DNA of 64,000 bases from Lingula anatina (Eukaryota > Animalia > Brachiopoda): positions 17,112,001 through 17,176,000 of the forward strand of contig CM120640.1 in NCBI GenBank assembly GCA_051362555.1. The letters run 5' to 3'. Position 1 is the first letter of the stretch; each line of letters starts with the position of its first letter. Positions 51,701 through 64,000 of the stretch are shown piece by piece. The position numbers and the translations under genes were made by a program. The notes beneath the pieces are model-generated. The model saw only the letters and a program-made list of their open reading frames with translations, ran no database searches and was not told where the DNA came from.

Positions 51701-54700
51701 AGCCATGCCTTTTAAAGCAGATCTGCTGCAAGATGCAAAGGCTTCTGAAATGCAAATGACAACATCAACTATTAATGTAAGCAGCAGTCAGTGTGATGAA
51801 ATGGCACCACAAAAGACAACATTAGGTCTTCCTGCTGTGACAACAGACTTATCACAGCAACAACAGGTGCCCCAAGTCAATCCTGTCGCTTACCAATATG
51901 TTGTTTCTCAGCTTCTCCAGATGAATCCCCAGCTAATAGAAAACCCTGCAGCTCTGCAGTACATAGCTGTGCAGCAGCTTATTACCATGCAGCAACTGCA
52001 AACTGGAATGCTGGCTACCACAACCTATGGTGGGCAGAGCGATCCATCAACATTGGCTACAGCAGGCTTGGGTACACACAGTCATCTTACAGCATTGGCT
52101 ACAGCAGCCTATGGCACACAAAGTGATCTGGCATCTTTGGCTGCAGCAGTTTATGGCACACAGAGTGATACAGCAACATTGGCTAAAGCAGCTGGCTTTG
52201 GCGTTCAAAATGACCCATCCACAGTGGCTTTTAGCGCACAGAATGGTACAATGAACTTTGACACCTTCAGTGGCCTCAGTACCTTGGCTAAAGTTCCCCC
52301 TGGGACACAGAATGATAGAAAATCCATGTCTCATGTCAAATCAGTAACGCTTGATCAGAGCAATTTTGTTATTCCACAGGCAGGACAAGGGGATGAAAGT
52401 GCTGGTCCAGGAAAGGCTATTGCCAGTGTTTCACCAGACCAACAGAAAAGATGTTTTCCATTAACTGGAGAAAGCCAGGATAAGCTTGCCACCAAAGAAG
52501 CCCAAGGAGACATGCCACCATATCATAGGGGAGCAGTACAACACAGCACCTTGGAGGTAGAAAAGACCAGTTCTTCTGAGAGATGTCATGTAGATTGCTC
52601 AAAACCATTCCCTGATGTCAAGTCCTTTTTGATGAATGATGCTTCTGATAGTGGCAGCAATGAAAGCAAGTCAATTCTGAGCTTTGCTCGAGGAAATTAT
52701 ACCAGCAGACAGAGTGCCCCTCTAAGATATGCTGCTGAGAATTTGGCAACCACTGTTATGAATCAAACTTATGTTCATGATAAAGCCTCTGGTTTTACTA
52801 AAGAGTACCAAGGACAGTTGGACAGAGACAGACAGAGTAGCATCAGCTCCTCAGAGGGTGCATCTTTTTCAAGAAGTTCTCTGAGCTTTCAAACTGCCAA
52901 GTCTCCGTTTTCAGAGCAGAGTTGTTATGAAAGTGTTCCAACCAGTCCAAGAGCTGCAACATCTGCAGAATCTAACTCCTCAGAGTACAGCACCAGTACA
53001 AGTAGTCTGCCCCGAACACCAAGAGACCCTCAGAATGTAAAGGGCAGCTTGTCACAGGAGTCTCTGGTTGCTGGTTTTGGCCTGCTGGAGCAAGGGGCTG
53101 GGGAATGGAAGACAGTTGGTAGTAAAGGAAGGGAGCAGAAAGTGGAGTTATCTGGTGGACAGAACAGGTTAGTTACTTGCTACTGTGAATGTAGTGTGAG
53201 TTTGTTGAATTTTTCGTGGACCAGTTGGGTATTAAAAATGAGGGAGGGGCAGTTATGTTCTTGTAGAGTTAAGAACCCCATTAATTGCTTGATCTTGTCT
53301 TGAGTCTTTTCTCAAGTTGTGAATATTGATTAACTCTGGTCTGTGAAAACTATGTGTGTGGCAGTGTGTTATTCATGTTTCCAGAGAAGTGTTTATTTAT
53401 ATATATATATTTTTTTTTTATTATTATTCATACAGACCGTCAGTATGGCAAACCACCTCCAGCACCAGTGTGCGCACCATAGCAAATCCCCCTGGCTGGA
53501 ACACAACAGTATCTAAGTCCCAGTCAGGCCTTGCCATTTCAGACATACCACCTAGGTTTAGAGCTAAGAGGACATCAGAGAGTGAGGCCAGTGTTGAGCG
53601 TGTTAGTCCAGTGGGTGCTGGTGGACCAGCAGGAGGAAATACAGGCCAAGGCAAAAGTCAGCAGCGTGGAAAGCAGCCCAGTATACAATCCACTGGTAGA
53701 TCCACCCCAGTAATGTCCATATCTGGGCAACCTTTACCCATTGTGCAGAGCTCCATTTCTAATGTGACAGTCAATACAGTGGGGGCATCTGGTTCACTAT
53801 CCAATATGAAGGCGGACAAGGTGGAAACTGCCAAAATTCAACCATATGTTGTTTCAGGTAAGCTTCAACTTGCTACTTCTAATAGCTTATGAAAAGGAAG
53901 ATTAGGTAGTATTTTGTGTACTGAAACAAAATATTCTACAACTATTATAAAAATTGCTTGTTTAAATTTTTGTTTTCTAAAATAGTTGTTACTTATTTGA
54001 TGACTTCAACATAGTGTTAAGCATCCTATCCACCAGTACTGATTTGACACTGTTTTTATTTGGTTTTCTCCCAGGCACCCCTTCCTCAAGGCCTAGTTCT
54101 CGTAACTCTGAGATGGACAGTATCCAGCTGGCCGACAGTCATATTGGGAACGAACAGGTTGAGGACAGTGATGAATGGCAACAGGTAAGATGGTGCAATG
54201 ATCAAGTCCAGGAACAGGTAAAATTGGGAAAAAATGTGGTAGAATGGGTTCACAAAATTAATGATATGTTTACCTACATGTAGGTCGGGATTAATTTGGA
54301 AGAACTCCGGTCAATTCACCTTTTTGTGCATTAAGCTTTTTTTTCTGTTTGGTCAAAATTTATTTGGATGTTATTACACAAAGTAGAAGTAATACAATTT
54401 TTTTCTTGCAAACTCCTGCAAACTTTTTATTTTGCAGCAAATTTTTTGCAAACTTTTCATTTTGCTAAGAGTTTTAATCATCAAAATTTATGAGCTGTAA
54501 TGCTTTTTTTCCAGGTGAGTAAAAAGAAAAAGAAGCCTGATGTTCTACAGGAGCACCTATCCAGCAAACCACTTCAAACAACTGGGAGCACAAAAGCCAG
54601 CAACTTTGAACGCCTTATAGGCAGACTGCTGGAGAAATTTCCAAAACTTACAAGGTACTATTTCTTAGTCATCTTATCAGAAACTAATTACTTTAAGTAA

Positions 54701-56823
54701 TGTTGTGTTCCCTAATGTTTTTCTGTCTTTGATTGAGCATCTATCAGCATTGGACCAGTATGTAACTTGACACTGATGGTGTATACAGATAATTTTGTAC
54801 TGTTCTTCTTTTAGTTGAATGCGTACTGTGCTAGTAAATTCACCAATGAATAACTTTTTTGTGTTCATGTGTGTGTGCACGTGTTTATGTATGTGTGTGT
54901 GTGTCTCTTGGGTGTCATTAAATGCACTATAAAGTCCTGTCATTTTCACCATTAGAGCTGACACAATCAACCTGTTGAAGGAACTACGTACCAGACATGG
55001 AGGGTTGCAAGGCATTGGGCTGGCCCAGATTTTAGATGAAGCAGAGGTTGTGGTGAAAGAATGGCAGAAAAAACCTGAAAGAGTAAGAATACAGTTTTAA
55101 TGGAGAAATGTATATGTGCCACGTAATATCAGTGCATGATGATTTGCTTGTCTTTATTAAGGTCGTAGTTTCCTTGGAAGAAGGTCTAAAGATGATGGAT
55201 TTGTATTTTTAAGTATTTTGGGATACATGAGTAGGTGTATTTTCAATTGTATGATTAATGTTAACATTTTACAAAAAGAAATGTCATTGCTTCTTGTAGT
55301 TTTAATTTTGTTTCCCTAGTTTTTAAATATGTGTGATATGTAGCCTTTCATATGCTATCACCATTTTATAACTCCACACCCTATTACTTCTAGACATTTG
55401 ATTCATCAAATAAAGCAATAGAGAAAGAGAAGGTTTGGCAGGCCAAGTATAAGACAGAGATATGTATGGAATGGCTCACATCTGGAAAGTGCAAGATGGG
55501 ATCAAAATGTAACTTTGCCCATGGCCAGCAAGAAGTTCGTGGAATGCAAAAAACTGAGATGTGTAAATACTTCCTCAGTAAAGCTGGATGTCCATATAGT
55601 AAAGTAAGGCTGCTATGTACTAGTATGTGCCTTCTCATATGATGAACATATCATGTCATTTCTTAAAAGAGTTTACATTCATTTTTCATGTTATTATTAT
55701 TAAGTTATTGAACACTGAAACATGAAACACCAGATATTTGTGTGTAACTACTATGTAGAAAGTGATATCGACGAAGTTAAAGTCCATTTGCTCAATTGTA
55801 ACTGCAGAAATCGGATGGATATCTTTAATGGTAAACCTTTTTGATTTGGGTTTATAAAATGTTTGTTGCTCATCTTCCTTTACAGTGCATCTTTGCTCAT
55901 GACCAGTCAGAGCTGTGCAGTCAACTCCCTAAGAAATCTGTGCCTACCAAAGCACCACAGAATGTGATGCTGCTCTCTGATGATGAAGATGATGACGACG
56001 ATGATGATGTAATTACACAGTAATTCTTTGAAAATCTTGTGTTATATATTTTAATGCAAAAAAAAAAGATTTGTTAAATCTTCTTGTGGATAAATTATTG
56101 ATATTTTGCAAGAGAAAATAGTTGAATACAGTTCTTGGAAATAACTTAAGATTTTCAGACATACTGTTTGTTTGCATTATTTGTCATCTCCTAATGTGCC
56201 TTTAGGAAAGGCCCAATATACAATACATTAAGTTTATGTGGAGGGAAGTGTAATTGCTTTTTTTATAAGAGAAATATTAAGTTTTGGGGAATGATTTAAC
56301 TCACCAGAACATGAGGAGGTTTTGTTACCAAGTATTTGTCACAGCAAATGTGCACAGTTAATTGAGATGTCAAGTTTTGTTTCCTTTGCATTGCCTGTCA
56401 CATTAAATTATTAACTACAGAACTGAGGCCCAATCCTATAATAGATGTATAAGACACAGTATAGTGAACATTTGACTTTCTATTTCTAATGCATTTGTTT
56501 CTTTTATAAGGATTCTTATGAGCAGTGCGTCATCTGTTGTAGTAGTGTCAGAAATCCACAGAGTGAAAAGCGTCTGGAATGTGGACATACTTTTCATGAT
56601 AAAGTAAGTTGACAAATTCTTCTGTGCTTGTGACTGGGGAGACTGGCAAACTTTTATAATTGTTGTCAGTGATGGAATGTTATGTTTTGCTCTTTATAAA
56701 TGTATATGTATACACTGAACATGTTAAAGACAGAGAGCCATTCATTCCGTCTGACTTCATGTGTATAATAAAATGTACTGCATGCAAATTTTAAAGGTAT
56801 TGAGCTATTTATTTCATCTGAAT

Positions 56824-56876
<53 letters not shown>

Positions 56877-57078
56877 CAACAGCAAGCTGCTATAATGCCC
56901 ATGCTTGGTTCAATGTTCTGCTTATTGTATAAGAATATCTGACCATCATTTACAAACTGTTTAAATAATTACATTTCAGTGTATCAGTAGATGGGTCCTG
57001 GGAGAAGAGAGGACTTGTCCAACTTGCCGCTCCTTAGCTTTACTTCCAGAGGAATTTCCCAGACTTTCCAAGCAATGA
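45722..57078 (+). CDS. TTC3/DZIP3/RBM44-like RING-H2 E3 ligase with PAM2 motifs and tandem CCCH zinc fingers, 18 exons, ~2112 aa
   Basis: Exons 45722-46359, 46583-46810 (TTC3-like LKTYGP...GTLKEFL module), 47207-47304, 47545-49103, 49386-49474 (AAEIKVLQ), 49701-49773, 50024-50140 (KGVPLESL), 50476-50923, 51200-51264 (GC donor), 51468-53167, 53436-53857, 54075-54184, 54515-54654 (SNFERLIGRLLEKFP), 54956-55082, 55394-55603, 55886-56008, 56511-56603, 56980-57078. The RING-H2 CVIC..CGHTFHDKC..W..CPTCR is followed by LLPEEFP, as in DZIP3. There is an in-frame stop upstream of ATG 45722. Confidence 0.85.
46491..46568. repeat. Two-copy ~44-bp tandem duplication
   Basis: GCATTGCAGWAGYTRATATAAAATTATTAATTTG occurs twice, just upstream of the acceptor at 46582. 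Confidence 0.8.
46845..47065 (+). mobile_element. Remnant of a non-autonomous Helentron/HINE-like element
   Basis: GTTATGTTTT head, AAAAGTTCTGAATGGATTTTGATG core and CCTTGGCAGAGGTCTGTCCTCTCTGAATGC tail resemble this widespread aquatic-animal repeat family (recognised from memory). Confidence 0.45.
52011..52223 (+). repeat. Coding tandem repeat, five units of ~42 nt (14 aa)
   Basis: LATTTYGGQSDPST / LATAGLGTHSHLTA / LATAAYGTQSDLAS / LAAAVYGTQSDTAT / LAKAAGFGVQNDPST. Confidence 0.85.
56828..56875. repeat. (AT)n microsatellite
   Basis: Read directly; lies in the last intron of the RING gene. Confidence 0.95.
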
Positions 57079-57812
57079 CAGTTTTCAGAAAGGGACAAGC
57101 ACAGCTGAATTTGTATACTTATTTCATAAATCAAGTGAACTTGTTTTTAAAACTAAGCTTGTACAGGTCTACTGGAAAGAGCAAAATTCTGTGGTTTAAG
57201 TTTGCGCAGAAATTGGTTGTCTGTTGATACTGCTAGTACATTGCATAAACAATCTAGGCTTTCTATTACAGTTTAATTTTCTTTCAGACTTTGTTCTTGA
57301 GCAAAGGTTCAGTCATCAAATCAAAAACCAAAAAGGTTTTAAAGTTGTAAATATTACGAACATGTCTAAAAGAGTATAAATAGCAAAATCATCACTGAAG
57401 CGTTCGTGATGATAATGCAAAGTTCATTTTTTAATCTTCCAAAACACAGTGGGAGTATTGTGTTTTTAACTGCTTATATTTGAATATTTTCATTTGAAAA
57501 GATTTTTTTAGAATAAAAAGCATATTAATTAATTTTTTTCATAGTTTTTACTCTGAAAAAAATAATTGGGTATTCTAGATTTCAAACATACTCGTACGTT
57601 TGTTTAAAAGTGTTTACAGCCCTGCTTTATCACTTTATTGAACAGGGGTATCAATTTCCTCTTTTTAAAAAAGAAGTAACACACCTATAAGACACCAGTT
57701 CATTCTATTTAAAATGTTGCAGGGGGAGTTAAAACCTCAAATCATACAAGTTATAGATGTATGCCTTTAACAGAGCCACGTTTAGAAGCACATTCAAGGT
57801 GACGTCAGTTAA

Positions 57813-60800
57813 CAGTAGGACACATACTGTCAGGATTTAGGTGTGATTTGAAACGTCATGGATTTTTTGGTACATCCGCGTCACGAAATAGCGCCAAAAA
57901 AGCGGCGCGATGAAAAATGCGTACGTCTGAAATAAATAAACTTCGAGAAAAAACTACAGTGAATTGACTTTCCATATTTTAGAGACTAAACGAGGAGTTA
58001 TCCGTCTATTGAAAAACTGTAAGCTTTTGTCAATGCACTGTACAGAGTTACAATTATTTCTCTCCGAATCAAGAAAACTGAAAATTTTACGTGTCCGAAA
58101 ATGCTTTTGTATAGCAAGGGACTATATTGCGAGGAAATTGTTTCCAAATACGAAATTGGCTTAAAATTAATAAAATGGTCGAATATATATCCAGGTTTTC
58201 GATTTTGAAGGGAATTTCCCGCACACTCTCTGGTTAAGAAGTCTCGACAGAAAATCCGAAAAGTTGTGAAAAAACAGAGCAAAATTTCTCCCCTGAGGCA
58301 CCTCCGATAAGAGTGCACATCTCATTCATTTCCCGAACTTAAAATTACGTTTATTCACCCAAAAAAGTTAGTGACTAACCTCAATTTTCACGCAAAGCAA
58401 TGATGTTCTATAACTTGCTACGACAGTATTTTTTTGACCTTGAACTGTGGAAGTTCAAAAAAGTCATGTGATACAAATCATGTGACGCGCAGATTTGAGT
58501 GCTAAAATGCACCTTTATAGACCCATATTAAGTCAAATATAAATTTAAGAAACAGAATTAACATTTCTTTTATCAAAGACCAAAAACTTCATACAAATTT
58601 AGTAAATTTACCAAAATCCCGCCCACTAAACGAGAGGTGAACTGAGGTGCTTTCCAACGAAACCCCGCAATTTACTACGAGGCAGAGACAGGTGAAGTAG
58701 GTTGTGCGGCAAGTTATGATTTTTATCCTTGCTGAAATATGGAACCCACGTATTTATAGCATGTCAGAGACTCATTATCAGGTACGTATGCAAATTATTT
58801 ATATTTTAAAAAATATATAAATGCTTTTTATTACGAGAAATGTGCTAGTTTTGCTCCACTACACACTGTACATAATCAAACACATTTGTTATACATTGTA
58901 TCTTGTAGATTTGTTGTTAAAATGTGCACCGTGTGACCGACGCAGGCTCATTCAGAGTAATCTAACTCCGACTACAGTTCAGTTTGAGATTAACTTTTGA
59001 TCTAGTGTTATTTAAAATACTAATATTTCATAACGACATATCTGCCTTAATCAGTACGTACGTGTACTGTAGCTTTATAACGTAGCATTGCGAGCACCTG
59101 TCATGTGAAGCATAGATAATGTGCTTGAGAGTTGTATATATTGATTGAATTATGAATACATCACCTTTTATTTGTAATAATTAGCAATAGATCAGGGGAG
59201 TATTTGGCAAGATTTAACATTCCCCTTGTCTTTTTTTCATGCTGATAAAAATTTAAAAACTTTCTAACATTGATGTAAGGAAAAAGATGTTTGGATATAC
59301 ATGTAGAATGGTAGAAGTATTTATCAGTCATTCTTTGCTAGTGGTGCACTGCGGGGGGACCATAACAAGAATGTTATTTAAATTTAGATAGCCGACCAAA
59401 TTCTCATGACATCGTTGTGTATGTTTCAATAACAAATCAAAGAAGCTGCATGAGCAAGGAGGATGCTGTTATAAAAGCAAAATAAGAGAAAAAGCAGAAA
59501 ATATATCGAAATTACCCTCAAAATGGCGTCCTTTTTTGTGGAATTTCGACCCTACCTCTATTTAGGAACAGTTTGTTTAGGGTTTGAATGAATTATTGAA
59601 GCAGGGAATACACCTACTGCAAGAAGATATAATAAACAGAATGTGCAAATGGTTATTTAAATAAAAATTTATTTGAAGTGACTGAAAAATGATCACAAAA
59701 TTAGCTTAACTTACGATACATGCGGTGTCCCACCCCGATGAAAATTTCATCTAATCCTATCTTTCCGTATTAAAACTGTTCAATCGTCCAAAGTAGTATG
59801 TCGGTTAGTTTGTGTCACGAAATCCATGATAATATCAGTTTTCTTAAGAATTTCACATTTATTGCTCAGCAAGGTCGATTTTTCTTCACCGCGTCCCAAT
59901 ATAACGTTCGCAACGCTGAAACTTCAGAGATCGATTCTTATCAGACGACTTTAAAATGCCGCGTGAAAATTATACATCGATAGCGATCTTCTTCCATACT
60001 CACTAACTGATGACGTCTTACACACGAATGGCTTCTTTTGCACACTAAAAAAACCAGCTCAAACTGGCGGGTGGCCCATTCTGATAACAAGTTACGCAAT
60101 GACGCTGTCGAGATAGGATGCAGGGCACAGGTGTAATTCCCTCGATTTAACCGTCACAGGATTGTTTATTGGGATCTTCTTTGTATGAAGGTGAGAAATA
60201 ATGAGTTTCGTTTCATTTTTCTTCAATTGTTTCAACATATTTGTGTACCGATTGATTTTTACCATTCTATAAGTAGGGTGACTTCGTCTGAACTTTCGTT
60301 TTGCGTCTGTGTCACATGGGGGACTAAAGGTCACATTGAACATGGTGACGCGGTGATACCGTATTCATGTTCTCTTGTTCTCGAAAACTCAATCATCGAA
60401 ATTGAATTACTTTTTTTTAGTTTTGTCTTAAATTAAGCTGCTACACTGTATTCCGTACGTTTAAAATTTAACCGTCTGTAAAAACAGCAATAATGGATTA
60501 CTAGCAACACTTACGTTACGCAATGAAGCACCGAAAATGGGTGAAGAAAATGTGTCTCAGTAATATGCGTGTTTGCCACTCATAATGCACTGTACTTTGT
60601 TTGAATAAGCAATAAACTATTTGTGACCTTAGGTTATCCATTGTTCGTTATCAGAGTTAACAGATTCTTTGTGTGATTTTTTTTCAGAATCCCAAGAGTG
60701 GATGCCTTAGTGAGCACAGAACAGATATCACCATTGGTCCACATATGTCAGGAAGAATGTTATAATTATGAACTTTGTGTTACACTGAACTTCATTTTGT

Positions 60801-63800
60801 TAAATTTTGTATTTAACTGAACGTTATTGTGTTAAAATAATAATAAAAAAATAATAATTCAGATAAAAAACTACAATCTGGAACATTCTTTAGATCAACA
60901 TTGTTCAGTGTGTGTCCCATGTGAAAGAGTTACAGTAAATAAAATATGTGCATTATTCCTCTGTGTTTGTCAATTCCATTTTAAAAGCATGTGAAAGTGG
61001 TGTGCCCCTCATGATTGAAGTGTGTATGGATAATAGCAAAAATATTGTTATTATTTACATGATTATAAAAAGTTTTTGTACCCGCGTTAATAACGTAACC
61101 GTGAACCCCATATTCCCCATTTTTATTAATTATGAAATGTGGATTAAATTCTTCAAACCCAGTTTTGAAGCATTGAGACAACACCCCCTTATGATTTAAA
61201 CTAAAACTGAAAACATTCCGTTAGACTTTCATTAGTTTGTGCAAAATATATTGCCCAGGGTAACGCGTCTTGGATTTGGTGGGTATAGCTGTTCAACTCT
61301 CCTGTGTGCCCTAAAAAGGGCAGCTGCTGTTTCCCTTTTTATGAAATGATAAACTGTGATGGTGTAGCTATCACATCGCAAAATTACAGCTTCCCAGAGA
61401 AAGTTTGAAATTTTCGGTCAAATTCAACATTTTGTAACCACTAGCAAAGAATGACAGTTATGTAATATTAGCTTTTTTCATGACCAGTTAACATTCATTT
61501 TAGTATAAAGGTCCATTTGAAAGTGTAGGGTTTATTTTATAAATAATTGAAAATTTTAAAATCCATGACTTGCTAGTACAGGTATGGAAATGAAAGTTGA
61601 GACATTTATACACCATACTTGCTTACTGTTGAAGTTGTAGATTTTTTACTTAAGTTAAAATGAAGTAGATCTATTGGAGAATGTCATATGGTTTTAAGAT
61701 CAACAATAATAAAGGTTTAAAATATAATCCATTTATGTTTTCTGTATGAAAAAAAGATAAAGCCAGTATTTATTATTTTATTATGTGAGTTCCTAGACTT
61801 GTGTTAGTTAAGTACCACTTGGACATATCTTCCGACCCTCGCTCATTGTTAGTCAATTTTTTAATGTTAAATTGACCTATATACAGATTGTTATTACTTT
61901 TAGTTGCATGGAATTGTAAATTCTGAATTTATTCTGATTTTCTTTTACAGATACAAGAAGAACAGTTTTTCAGATATTGCAGAATCTCTGCCAGGCTTTG
62001 AAGTGCCCTGAAAAGTGATCACGATGATATACTGCATCATTATCATGCATTCCTATTAGTCATATTAAAAAAAAACTGTCACCAAGCCCTTAGTGAAGAT
62101 TGGTTATCAAAGTATTCTTTGGCAGCACTTACATTTTTTGAAACATAAAAATTGAATTTTTAAAAAGAAATATGACTTCGGTGGTATTTCTTTAAGATAA
62201 TTGGATGGCAGTGTTGCATACAAGTGTTATAATGGACACATTTTTTCTAATTGGACTCCAAGGAGCCAGACTGCTTTTCACATTCAAACAAGAGCTTAAA
62301 AAGAAAAAAAATGTCAGAATAGTAAAAGAGGTATTTTGAATGTATTTACAGTCCACATCCATTTATATTCAGTATATAATGCCTGGTGTTCACAAATACA
62401 GGTAGAGCTCTTTTAGGAAGCAAGTTGCATATTCCCATATTTTAATATCAGATATCAAATACAAGCATATGGAACTGTTTTGAATAAAGACATAAATTGT
62501 CCTTGGTGATCAGCATATTTTTCTCTTATTTTAAGTCTTAAAAGGATAGCTAATGTATTTTGAGGTAATGCATTTGAAGACGGAACGTATGAAAATTTCT
62601 TCAGCAAAAAATAAAAAAATAAAAATAAATAAAAAAAATAAAAGACAGAAAAGTCATTAGGTTCAACCTAGTGCAATGAAAGTGGAAATTTTTTATTAAT
62701 TTTGGAAATATTTTTTTGTTTTTATTTATGTATTTTTTACATTTTTACACACTTTGAATAACTAAATACTTTGTGAATTCTTACTAGCGCCCATGCATAT
62801 GGACTTCCTGTGCATGTATACTTGTACCATTGTTTTGTTGTTTTTTTACCCTCTATTTTTTATTGAATATAAAAGAGGTAACTGTTCATAACAGCCCAAA
62901 ATGGATTCTCCTGGAGTAAAATGACCAATAGTTACTGGGGTACTGAATCAGTTTTGACATTCAAAATTAGTCTGTACTGTAATTTTTTAATTTATTTTAA
63001 CAGAGTACAGCCACCATGTGATTGGATGGCAAGAACAGTTTCCAAAATAATTGTGAAAACTACCATTTTGGTGGTAAAATGGAATATATATTGTATTCCT
63101 ATGGGTTCTTTACACTATGTAATGTGAATCTCATACAAAGTTGTTAACCCTTTAAAATATTCATTTAAGAAACGATGAATTTGTCTGTGCAAAATAAAGA
63201 AAAACAAATTTGTTTTATTTTAAACTTAAGTTTTGGACTCAGAAATGTTCAATTACCTACATAATTTCATAAGTAACATTGAAACATATGCAAGGTACAT
63301 GTACTGGTAGCAGGGCATAGAAAAAGAAGGTGCAGCATAAAAATTTACAAGTTAGATATAAAACTGACACGCATTGTTTGACCATCAATTGAAAACTGTA
63401 ATAATATCCAAAATAACTGGTGATAATCGCCAAAATTAAGTACATCTGCAAATGTAAACAAACGCCGAGTTGGGCCCGTCTTGGGTCATGGATGACGCAA
63501 AAACCTGGATTTTGCACGATTTTTGGTACAAAAAATTCTGCAACAATTTTTTCCAAAGATGGATTTTAATGATTTTGTATACATACAATATTGATTAAAA
63601 GATACGTTATCTCTTATCCGGAATTTCCCGCACACTCTCTAGTTGAGGAATAGTGGCCAAAGTTACGATGTTGCCAAGGTCAAATTTTACCGCTCAGTGC
63701 GACTTTGAAGAACGCAAGCTCACTCTAAACGACAAAATTTCAGTAGAAGGCTGCGTGAATATGAAGTCTACATACCCCACAATCATAATATCGTATTAGA

Positions 63801-63941
63801 CTTGCTAAGTATGCATTTATTTAAAGTATATAGCCATTTTTCGACCAAGTTTAATTTTTTACAAAATTTGAGCCCGACGTTACGTCCTGGCGCGAGAAAA
63901 CGACGTTATATCACTCCGCATCGACAGTATGTGTCCTACTG
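57813..63941. mobile_element. ~6.1-kb TTAA-inserting (piggyBac-like) element lacking a visible transposase
   Basis: Perfect 19-bp TIR CAGTAGGACACATACTGTC at 57813-57831 and its reverse complement ending at 63941; TTAA at 57809-12 and 63942-45; CpG-rich subterminal arms; 21-bp direct repeat at 58211 and 63620. Confidence 0.85.
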
Positions 63942-64000
63942 TTAAGCTTGTCCCGTTCAGGAACTCCTGGAGGACCGTGCAGCAATCCCTAGGGCTGTGG

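Noticed and set aside
59340-60440. Possible nested element inside the 6.1-kb transposon
   Set aside because: CpG-rich and TE-like in texture, but no TIR or TSD could be defined.

Overview
AT-rich animal (invertebrate-type) genomic DNA with spliceosomal introns. Four multi-exon genes can be assembled by hand with consistent phases. They form two head-to-head pairs whose inner members converge tail-to-tail. Pair 1: PEX16 (-, 10492-16863, with a U12-type intron) and LARGE xylosyl/glucuronyltransferase (+, 26290-35446), the same arrangement as human PEX16/LARGE2. Pair 2: a chimeric QUA1-KH (STAR) + BTB-BACK-Kelch gene (-, 37614-44337) and a ~2100-aa TTC3/DZIP3/RBM44-like protein with three PAM2 motifs, tandem CCCH fingers and a C-terminal RING-H2 (+, 45722-57078). 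Pair 2, two putative RNA-binding ubiquitin-ligase components on one divergent promoter region, is the best candidate for an undescribed system. Several non-autonomous DNA transposons with TIRs and TSDs, hairpin MITEs and microsatellites are also present. All family assignments are from recognising motifs by eye; no searches were run.
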